From an uncultured Dehalococcoidaceae bacterium (GTDB lineage Bacteria; Chloroflexota; Dehalococcoidia; Dehalococcoidales; RBG-16-60-22): a stretch of 64,000 nt of DNA. The notes under the pieces are model-generated. The model searched no databases. It had not been told where the DNA came from and saw only the letters and a list, made by a program, of their open reading frames with translations. Position 1 is the first letter of the stretch, and every line of letters starts with the position of its first letter. The stretch covers positions 144 to 64,143 of the forward strand of contig CAZCZJ010000002.1 in assembly GCA_964503235.1 (NCBI GenBank), written 5' to 3'. Below, piece by piece: positions 56,882 through 64,000 of the stretch. A program made the position numbers and the translations under genes.

Positions 56882-57070
56882 TGTCTTATAGCCTCTTTCT
56901 CCATCAATCCTGGCAAAATCATATATCGCTGCTTTCTCATTGTCAATTGAGGATAAGCAAGTTAGGTTTACAGATATAACATGTGTAGACGGGTGAGGGT
57001 CGGTCTCCATCGTACTCACCAATTCAAAGGCTAGTCAAGTTAAGCTTCCATTCTTATAAATAGGTCAGGT

Positions 57071-57805
57071 TTAGCCACTTGTCCCACGTCTGAGAGTCAG
57101 TGAAGCCAATATCAGTAAACCCACGGCGTAAGCGGCGAGTACGCCTATCTCCTTTCCTATTCCCAGCAGGCTTTCTCCTTGCTGCATCAGGGCCCGCATG
57201 CCGTCCACGCCGTAGGTCAGGGGTAGGAACTTGGCGATCCACTGTAGGTAGTTCGGCATCTGTTCTACCGGCCAGAGCAGCCCGCAGAGAAACATCTGGG
57301 GAAGGACGATTATCGGGATGAACTGGGTTATCTGGAACTCATTTCTGGCGAAGGTGGAGGCGAATGTCCCCAGGCAGACGGAGCCGATGCCGATGATTAT
57401 CTCGAAAACGATTATCTGCCAGAGCTCTCCCTGAAAACCTACATCGAGTACGTAGACCATGTAAAAGAAAATAATGAGCACCTGGAGGAGGGCGAAAAGC
57501 AGGAAACCCAGCAGGTATCCGCCGACGATATCCAGCCGCGATACCGGCGAAGCCATGAGTCGCTCCAAGGTGCCCTGCGAGCGCTCTCGCTGGAAGCTGA
57601 TGCCGGTCAACAGGAACCCGAAGAACATTATCAGCATGGCCAGCATGGCCGGGGCGGTATAGTCCAGCATGCTTTTTTGGGGAATAGAAACGCCGACGAT
57701 GCTGGCTATCAGCAGGGGGGCGATCACCAGCAGTCCTATGGTGCGAAGGTCGCGTATCAGCTGGTTGATAATCCTGTTGGCGATACTCAGGGTATTACTC
57801 AGCAT
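57071..57805 (-). CDS. ABC-2 type transporter permease
   Basis: About 6 TM segments with an ABC-2 pattern. The start is placed at the ATG at 57805 behind GGAG, giving an 11-nt overlap with the ATPase gene. Confidence 0.8.
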   Translation of the reverse strand: MLSNTLSIANRIINQLIRDLRTIGLLVIAPLLIASIVGVSIPQKSMLDYTAPAMLAMLIMFFGFLLTGISFQRERSQGTLERLMASPVSRLDIVGGYLLGFLLFALLQVLIIFFYMVYVLDVGFQGELWQIIVFEIIIGIGSVCLGTFASTFARNEFQITQFIPIIVLPQMFLCGLLWPVEQMPNYLQWIAKFLPLTYGVDGMRALMQQGESLLGIGKEIGVLAAYAVGLLILASLTLRRGTSG

Positions 57806-58544
57806 TTTTCTCCTTCTCACTGCGGCGGATAAAGTAGAGGAAGGCATCTTCCAGATTGGTATCGGCGCGGCCGGTAGCCAATCTCAATTCCTGTGGCGTT
57901 CCTAAAGCGATGATTTTCCCCTGGCGCAGGAAAACCAGCTTCTGGCAATGGGCGGCATCATCCATGGTGTGGCTGGAAACGATGATGGTGGAGCCACTCT
58001 GGGTCAGGCTCTGGAAGTACTCCCAGAAATTGACCCTGACATCGGGGTCGAGGCCGACGGTGGGCTCGTCCAGGAATATCAGCGGGGGTTGGTGCACGAT
58101 GGCGCAGCCCAGGCTGACACGCTGTTTCATACCGCCGCTCAGTTTCATTACCGGTGTTTTTCGCTTGTCCCAGAGGTCGACCAGTTTGATCACTTCGTCC
58201 ACCCTCTGTTTTCGCTGCTTTTTGTTCCTGAGGCCGTAGATGCGGGCGAAAAAGTCGATGTTCTGCTCCACGGACAGCTCGGTATAGAGTGCGGGTAACT
58301 GAGGCATGTAGCCGCGCGACCCGGCATTGGCCGGTGAAGGAGCCTCGCCCAGGCATCGTATGCTCCCCACGGCGGGTTTGAGCAGCCCGACCAGCAGTCT
58401 TATCAAGGTCGTTTTCCCCGAGCCGTTGGGACCGAGCAGGCCGAAGCTGGTACCGACCATAATCTCCAGTGACAGGTCGTCGATGACCCTCAGTTTTCCG
58501 TAGTTAAAGGTAAGTTTATCGATGGCAATGGCGGTATTGCTCAT
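57795..58544 (-). CDS. ABC transporter ATP-binding protein (DrrA/CcmA-like exporter type)
   Basis: Walker A GPNGSGKTT, signature LSGGMKQR, Walker B IFLDEPT. Confidence 0.9.
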   Translation of the reverse strand: MSNTAIAIDKLTFNYGKLRVIDDLSLEIMVGTSFGLLGPNGSGKTTLIRLLVGLLKPAVGSIRCLGEAPSPANAGSRGYMPQLPALYTELSVEQNIDFFARIYGLRNKKQRKQRVDEVIKLVDLWDKRKTPVMKLSGGMKQRVSLGCAIVHQPPLIFLDEPTVGLDPDVRVNFWEYFQSLTQSGSTIIVSSHTMDDAAHCQKLVFLRQGKIIALGTPQELRLATGRADTNLEDAFLYFIRRSEKEKNAE

Positions 58545-58556
58545 GGGGGTACTCTC

Positions 58557-58991
58557 CTATTTATTGTTCTCCTCGGTTCGGTCATCCAGCAGTCCGTGAA
58601 ATAGCAGTTCGATCATGGACTTGGCTATCTCGTCCCGTGGTAAGCGGTTCAGGGGACTGGCCTCGCCCTCCATCATTCTCAGCATGAGAAAGCCGAGCAG
58701 CATGCCTCCGACACACCTGACGGCCACGGTCGGTTCCAGGTGGCGGTATTGGCCGGATGCCGCTAGCTCGCGGTAGACGCCCTCCATACGCGAGAGAAAC
58801 GGCTGCAGGAACCGTTTCGCCGTAAGGGCTTTCAACTCCGGGTCCCGCTGGGCTTCCGACATCAAAGTCGGGATGTGCGATATCAGGCCGCTCTCGATGA
58901 GCTCTAACCTGTTTTGCAGGATGCTCTCGAAGGTGACGGCGATATTGCCCTTCGGCAGCCTGTTACTGGATTTCAAGTCGAATTTGTCCAT
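58557..58991 (-). pseudogene. TetR-family regulator remnant, with only the C-terminal ligand-binding domain intact and the HTH region missing or decayed
   Basis: The 144-aa ORF resembles a TetR_C helical bundle (...AVRCVGGMLLGFLMLRMM...IELLFHGLL). An in-frame TGA lies directly upstream of the first Met. The next 330 bp carry only broken HTH-like fragments. Confidence 0.45.
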
Positions 58992-59323
58992 TCAATTGAT
59001 GATATTGAAGACATAATCAGCCTTTTTACCCATATTCTATCATAAGGGGTCCGCTTAATGTCACATCTGAAAGTCAATGCGATATTTTATCGAAAAAAAG
59101 GAACCATTTTAGCATTATTCTAGAACTCTCCAAAAAGGTGGGGTCTTGTTCACCTTTAGTAAGAGGTGTATAATTTCCCTAACCAAAAGGACTTCTTTTT
59201 GGGGATGAAAATATCAATTAATATGTATTGAACAAACCCTCCAGGATTTTCACCATCCCCTTGAATTCTCAGATTTATGATAATATATGAATGTGATCTA
59301 CAAAGATAGAGGAGGGAAATTAG

Positions 59324-60271
59324 ATGAAAATACTTATAGTGATTGATGGATCTTCATACTCTGAAATGGCAACCCAAATGCTAAAGGCGCTCCAGCTTCC
59401 CGCTAACACAGAGGTTACTATCCTTACCGTAGTGCCCGAACCTACTTTTCTAGGGGGTATTACTCTTGATGCGATCAGGGGCTCTAGTCAAGCCAGAGAA
59501 AAAGCTAATGACGAGCAGCAAGAAAAAGCAATTATGCTACTTGAGCACACATCTGAGGTACTGGGTAAAGGTAAGCTCATTGTCGAGACTATGGTACGCT
59601 GGGGAAATCCCGCAGAAGTAATCCTATTAGAAGCTGAACAAGGAAAAGCCTCATTAATCGTCATGGGATCCAAGGGGTTGACAGACCCGCTCAGCTTTCG
59701 TCTGGGAAGCGTTGCTTTGAAAGTCATAAAATATGCAAACGCCAATGTTCTATTAGTTAGAAAGAAGACGGTTTCGTTGGCTGAGGAACCACGGAAAAAA
59801 GGCAAGATAACCGCTATAAAACGAGTCCTGTTTGCCACTGACGGTTCTAGTTACGCGGACGAGGTAATCCAATTTCTATTGGCTCTTCCACTGCCACGCC
59901 AGACCGAGGTTATGGTGCTAACCGCCCTCCATTCGCACTTTGAGTCTTGGATAAAGACACCTACACTAAACTTAGGAGCTAACAAGGAGGCGCTTAAAAA
60001 TATACAGACTGCTGAAGAGGCTGAAGCTCAGATGATTACATCTAGAGCGGAGAAGCAATTGCAGAGCCGTGGCTACAAGGCAACGTCAATAATCGAGCGA
60101 GGAGAAGCAAGTGACAGTATCGTTGCTGCTGCTATGGAATATAATCCCGATGTTATCGCGCTTGGAAGTAAAGGCTTAAGCGGTATTGAATCATACCTCC
60201 TGGGAAGCGTTACCGAGAGAGTAGCCAGATACGCCAACTGCTCAGTGTTGATAGGTCGAAGCACCCCGTAA
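59324..60271 (+). CDS. Tandem universal stress protein (two UspA domains)
   Basis: There are two Usp units, and each ends in the ATP-binding motif G-x2-G-x9-G(S/T): GSKGLTDPLSFRLGSVALKV and GSKGLSGIESYLLGSVTERV. Confidence 0.85.
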   Translation: MKILIVIDGSSYSEMATQMLKALQLPANTEVTILTVVPEPTFLGGITLDAIRGSSQAREKANDEQQEKAIMLLEHTSEVLGKGKLIVETMVRWGNPAEVILLEAEQGKASLIVMGSKGLTDPLSFRLGSVALKVIKYANANVLLVRKKTVSLAEEPRKKGKITAIKRVLFATDGSSYADEVIQFLLALPLPRQTEVMVLTALHSHFESWIKTPTLNLGANKEALKNIQTAEEAEAQMITSRAEKQLQSRGYKATSIIERGEASDSIVAAAMEYNPDVIALGSKGLSGIESYLLGSVTERVARYANCSVLIGRSTP

Positions 60272-60348
60272 ATAGCAGAGTCTGCTTCTGAGAAAAGGGT
60301 ATAACACAGAGCTATTTATGGGGGGATATAGATAAATGAAAACGGTAC

Positions 60349-61035
60349 TCATTTCCTTGGTATTCTTGGCCACGGGAGGGGAGTAATCTCTATCGAGGAA
60401 ATTTTACTCTTTATATTTGGAAGCAATTCCATTAAAGCTTCTTTACTAAAGAATAGCGTTTCATCCGGAGATGCAGCTTCCGCGATTAGAATGCAGATAT
60501 GATTTCCGGCAACTACCAGCTGGACAGTTTGTACCGGGGTCTTTTGTTCCACAACTGCGGTTAAAAAATCTCCTTCCTCTTGAACGGGAATCCCTTGCGT
60601 CTTCAGCGTATCCATATGCTCATCGAGCTCTTTTTCAGTCTCAAAAAACCACATGAAGACACTGAGGTTGCGGACTTCGTTTCCTTCTGACTTCATATTA
60701 ACTACACGCGCAGCTAGCCACATCGCTGGAGAATTGCTGTCCAGGGAAGCAAAACCCGCGGCATTTCCCCGGCCCGCATAAGCCTCTTCTTTATCATATT
60801 TTGCAGGGTCGTTCATGTCGGGAATCTGGGCTGCGATTGTATCCCAGGGCAGTACATACTCGAGGTCCGGTAAATTATGGACCAACTTATATGTGCTACC
60901 AGTAGTTGTTGTAGAAGAAGTCTTGCCGCATGCCGCAACTCCTGTAGCCAGAAGAAACGCTGCTAACACCAGGATAAATACTTTCGTTAGCAATCCTGTT
61001 GTTATTCTCATAGTCATACCTCCATTACTTTTCAA
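60349..61035 (-). CDS. Lipoprotein of unknown function (paralog A)
   Basis: Signal with lipobox VAAC. The domain is shared with the upstream gene. The start is probably the internal MRITTG... Confidence 0.6.
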   Translation of the reverse strand: MKSNGGMTMRITTGLLTKVFILVLAAFLLATGVAACGKTSSTTTTGSTYKLVHNLPDLEYVLPWDTIAAQIPDMNDPAKYDKEEAYAGRGNAAGFASLDSNSPAMWLAARVVNMKSEGNEVRNLSVFMWFFETEKELDEHMDTLKTQGIPVQEEGDFLTAVVEQKTPVQTVQLVVAGNHICILIAEAASPDETLFFSKEALMELLPNIKSKISSIEITPLPWPRIPRK

Positions 61036-62074
61036 TCGTGAAAGTCCAAGTCATTGGTAAGTCGAAGAAGACCTTAATCTCAACATTGACCGGAGGTTCG
61101 TACCGTTCTTCCAGGGGTTGTTCCCTGGTGAAAGTTACTGTCTCAGAATGCAGGCTGAAGACCTGGTCGGTGCTATAGCTCTTTTCTTGCTCTCCAGTCG
61201 TTGTAACCGTGGCATATACCTCAAACCTGGTGTCTATTTCACCGGTAGCCTTCATGACAAACCGCCAATCCTTATCCATGGTAAAGTTGAAAACCTGCAT
61301 TAGCGGCCGGTCGCTAAATATCAAATCATTATAATGCTGTTCTTCGGGAACCCTAATCAGCGGCGAAATCTCATCAGAGTTAAAGGTCATGAATTCCTGC
61401 CATTCATATGTGTCTTCCACCAGTTCTCTTTCCGGTATCCCGGATGGCAGGGGAGTGATTTCCAGCGATGAGATATTGCTCTTAATGGTTGGGAGCAGTT
61501 CCATCAATTTATCTTTGCTAAAGAAGAGCGATTCATCTGAAGACGCAGATTCCATAATCAGGACGACGAAATGCTTTCCGGCAAGTAAAAGCTGGATAGA
61601 CTGTATTGGGGGCCCGCTTTCCACAACCCCGGTCACAAAATCCCCATCCTCTTGAACGGGAAAGCCACTTGTCTGGGTTAACATAAGCTCATCAAGATAT
61701 TCGGCAGTCTCGCAATACATTATCCAGACACCGAAACCGCGTACTTTCTCTCCTGTCGGCGCTGTTATGACGTATCGGGTGCTTCCCCATGCTGCCGGCG
61801 AATCAATATCCATTGAAGAGGTTTCTGTGGAGCTAATCTGCTTGGTTTCTCCACGAAAGAGGAAATTTTCCTGTTTGTCATAGTCTCCTATGTCAGGACA
61901 CGCAGCTACGATTGAATCCCAGCTGAGAATATACTCAGCGTCGGCAGCGGTATGAGTTAGTTTATACGTGGTATCGGGTGTAGGCTTACCGCAGGCAACG
62001 GCTCCAGCAACTAGAAGAACGCTTGCGAACACCATGACACAAATTATTACGAGCAATCCCTTTATTCTTCTCAT
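61025..62074 (-). CDS. Lipoprotein of unknown function (paralog B, with an extra C-terminal domain of about 130 aa)
   Basis: Lipobox AVAC. The N-terminal roughly 210 aa align with paralog A, for example YKL(T/V)H...EY(I/V)L(S/P)WD(S/T)I, GDF(V/L)T(G/A)VVE and LFFSK(D/E)xLMELLP(T/N)IKS. Confidence 0.6.
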   Translation of the reverse strand: MRRIKGLLVIICVMVFASVLLVAGAVACGKPTPDTTYKLTHTAADAEYILSWDSIVAACPDIGDYDKQENFLFRGETKQISSTETSSMDIDSPAAWGSTRYVITAPTGEKVRGFGVWIMYCETAEYLDELMLTQTSGFPVQEDGDFVTGVVESGPPIQSIQLLLAGKHFVVLIMESASSDESLFFSKDKLMELLPTIKSNISSLEITPLPSGIPERELVEDTYEWQEFMTFNSDEISPLIRVPEEQHYNDLIFSDRPLMQVFNFTMDKDWRFVMKATGEIDTRFEVYATVTTTGEQEKSYSTDQVFSLHSETVTFTREQPLEERYEPPVNVEIKVFFDLPMTWTFTIEK

Positions 62075-62183
62075 ATCTATCCATCCACTATTTTCATTTA
62101 GTTGTTATACTACTAGTGTTAGAAGTCTTGTTATCGCCACACGATTCACTGCTTCTCGTTCCGTAACAATATTGAAGCACAGC

Positions 62184-62666
62184 TTATCCGATTGTTATAT
62201 CTGCCTTTTTCTTAATGTCCATTCCCCCCGGGACATCCAGCTTAGCCAGTAGATACCATTTGGTTTGTTGAAGCGGAACTACGCCCGTCATCGCCGCCAC
62301 TGCCTGGGCAACCTTAAGCCCCTGTCCCAGATTGCCTCCCAGGTCTGGCATCTGTGGTTTCGTGCTCAGAATATCCGCCGGTATCTTTATCTCGAAGTGA
62401 TATTCCTGCCCTTGGCTGTATTCTTTTTCAGTATCCAGTTGCTGTTTGAAGTCATAAATACGAATACGTTGCGTGGTCGTTGACATATCCTTACTGCCGG
62501 TCAGACCACCAATCCGCGTGTTTTTCTGTTCTCCCATTAAGGATATACTTACTTCCCGCGCTTTTACCGGTTTTTTTAATGTTAGGGCGACGTTACCGGA
62601 AATGGTATCTCCGGGAGTATAGCCGGTTTTTTGCAACATGATATTGATTTTCCCTTTACCAAACAT
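62184..62666 (-). CDS. Spo0M/arrestin-N-like fold protein (tentative)
   Basis: The N-terminus GKINIMLQKTGYTPGDTISGNVALTLKKPVKAREVSISL resembles the Spo0M/arrestin-like beta-sandwich signature. The assignment is weak. Confidence 0.4.
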   Translation of the reverse strand: MFGKGKINIMLQKTGYTPGDTISGNVALTLKKPVKAREVSISLMGEQKNTRIGGLTGSKDMSTTTQRIRIYDFKQQLDTEKEYSQGQEYHFEIKIPADILSTKPQMPDLGGNLGQGLKVAQAVAAMTGVVPLQQTKWYLLAKLDVPGGMDIKKKADITIG

Positions 62667-62824
62667 ATTTCTTTCTCCTTATGCCCTTTATTGCAGAATA
62701 TAGTCATATTCCTTTATATTGTTTCTCTGTTTCTTTCTTAAACCATTCATTGGAATTGATATAGCTATTCCTTCAGCCTTGTTACAATTACCTTATAATA
62801 GGCCGGAGCTTCTTCGGTGGCGTA

Positions 62825-63256
62825 CTACGAACCTCCCCCATCTCCCATCGTCTGCGCTTGCTCCCAGACGATCTTCCAGGAGCCATCTACCTCTTTTAGT
62901 TGCATCTGATCAGTTCCATCCTCGTCAATAAAAGTGAAGGTAACGCTGGCTGTGGCTGTTCGGCTGCCCCTCGGTACAGCAACGGGGTGTATTTCTATGT
63001 CCTTAATTTCCTTGAGCACCAGTTCCCCTGAGAGGCCCCTCATGAATTATAAAAATGCCAAGGTGTCCTCTTTATCCTCATAGTCAGTGAGGTAGGTCAG
63101 ACACTTGTCAAAATCTTCGGTATTGAATGTTGTGACATAGCCCCTTATAGTGTCTTCAATGGTTGTAGTGTCCGTATTCTCCTGACTAGTTCCTCCGCAT
63201 GAGACTGTCAAAAATGATCCGGCTACCAGCCAGCAGAGAAGTAGAATTCTTCTCAT
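62825..63256 (-). pseudogene. NTF2-like (DUF4878-type) lipoprotein gene interrupted by an in-frame TAA
   Basis: ORFs 63047-63256 (signal with lipobox TVSC) and 62825-63043 are in the same frame. They are separated only by TAA (63047-63049) and one Phe codon. The joined sequence reads as a single small lipoprotein ending ...DGSWKIVWE. Confidence 0.6.
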
Positions 63257-63329
63257 ATTATCTTTCCTTTGTGCGCTATATATAAATTTATCTCTTTCTG
63301 ATCACAGGTAAATGTTTAAATTATTGAGC

Positions 63330-63347
63330 AAGCTGAGGGAAGCGCCT
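63330..63347. repeat. Left arm of the 18-bp perfect inverted repeat flanking hsp20
   Basis: AAGCTGAGGGAAGCGCCT, 7 nt beyond the hsp20 stop codon. Confidence 0.8.
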
Positions 63348-63354
63348 TTTAGGT

Positions 63355-63822
63355 TTATTTCTTAGCACTTTCAATCATGCTTTTAACTTTAACCTTAATC
63401 TGCTTTGGTTTTACTTCTTCGGCTTTAGGTAGGGTCAGGGTGAGGACACCATTATCAAACAACGCCTCGGCTTTATCAGACTTCACCCGCACTGGGAGAG
63501 GGATGGAACGGCTGAAGGTGCCATAGCGATGCTCCTTGTAAAAATAGTCCTCCTGTTTTCTTTCTTGGTCTTCCTTGTGTTCCCCCTTTATAGTCAACAT
63601 ATCACCGGTGATGGAGATATCCATCTCCTCCGGCTTGACCCCGGGAAGAGCAGCCTTGATTACTACATCATTGGCAGTTTGGTACATATCAACCGGCAGT
63701 TCCCCTCGCTCAAGTTCAGGCCACAGATGTGAGGGGCGAATAAATCTCTCTTCAAAAAGCCTGTCCATCGCATTCTGAAAGCTCATCATCTCTCTAAATG
63801 GTTCCCATCGTATCATGGCCAT
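63355..63822 (-). CDS. Small heat-shock protein (Hsp20/alpha-crystallin family)
   Basis: Alpha-crystallin domain (VDMYQTANDVVIKAALPGVKPEEMDISITGDMLTIKGE...FSRSIPLP). RBS AAGGAGG 7 nt upstream. Confidence 0.9.
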   Translation of the reverse strand: MAMIRWEPFREMMSFQNAMDRLFEERFIRPSHLWPELERGELPVDMYQTANDVVIKAALPGVKPEEMDISITGDMLTIKGEHKEDQERKQEDYFYKEHRYGTFSRSIPLPVRVKSDKAEALFDNGVLTLTLPKAEEVKPKQIKVKVKSMIESAKK

Positions 63823-63847
63823 AATCAGACCTCCTTATTTTTTCCCC

Positions 63848-63865
63848 AGGCGCTTCCCTCAGCTT
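63848..63865. repeat. Right arm of the 18-bp perfect inverted repeat flanking hsp20
   Basis: AGGCGCTTCCCTCAGCTT is the exact reverse complement of 63330-63347. It lies 25 nt upstream of the hsp20 start codon. Confidence 0.8.
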
Positions 63866-64000
63866 ACCCAAGATTGACTTTTGCTAAAAAAATATTCATG
63901 GATCAGGCATCTCATCATACTGCTATAAGCTGCTTGATGGCTGGTATTGCCCTTTCGGTTATAGCTCCTGCAACTGGCTTTAAAGGTATCTGAGTACCGC

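Noticed and set aside
63915-64000. Possible C-terminal end of a minus-strand gene entering from beyond the right edge (...IPLKPVAGAITERAIPAIKQLIAV-stop)
   Set aside because: Only 27 codons are visible. That is too short to separate from chance, so it is not reported as a feature.

Overview
The window is densely coding, with about 60 supportable CDS and no rRNA, tRNA, CRISPR array or recognisable transposase or integrase. All calls come from reading the ORF translations and the DNA by eye. No database search was run. Gene content suggests an anaerobic, probably monoderm bacterium, possibly Chloroflexota/Dehalococcoidia-like, but this is inference only.

Layout:
- (1) 1-4300: a partial coiled-coil membrane protein, then a BtuFCD/FecBCDE-type ABC importer behind a cobalamin riboswitch with a terminator.
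- (2) 4318-24456: a roughly 20-kb co-directional minus-strand block. A secretin-less type IV pilus machinery (PilM-N fusion, PilO, three pilin-like proteins, PilC, PilB, and the major pilin further on) is interleaved with three very large PAS histidine kinases and five receiver proteins.
- (3) 24606-32812: two paralogous small HTH proteins, an MBL hydrolase, a degenerate receiver, an orphan pilin-like gene, an MFS transporter, a 2-hydroxyacid dehydrogenase, a GAF kinase with a NarL regulator, and a tandem-receiver protein.
- (4) 32831-40639: a tightly packed five-gene operon made of an FdhA/NuoG-like protein lacking the catalytic Sec/Cys, a NuoE-like protein, a NuoF-GltD fusion, MetV and MetF. 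I consider this the best candidate for an undescribed system, namely a new architecture of flavin-based methylene-THF reductase.
- (5) 40651-57022: three paralogous bicupin proteins, a second NuoE/NuoF/short-FeS module, a NarL two-component pair, and a GlcD/GlcF-like FAD/Fe-S dehydrogenase set with an SDR and a SnoaL-like protein.
- (6) 57071-64000: an ABC-2 exporter with a decayed TetR, a tandem USP, paralogous lipoproteins, an interrupted lipoprotein gene, and an Hsp20 gene bracketed by an 18-bp perfect inverted repeat.

Other points of note are a 7 x 52-aa repeat (propeller-like) protein with a pilin-type N-terminus, small GC-rich palindromic repeats at two loci, and two pseudo-receivers.
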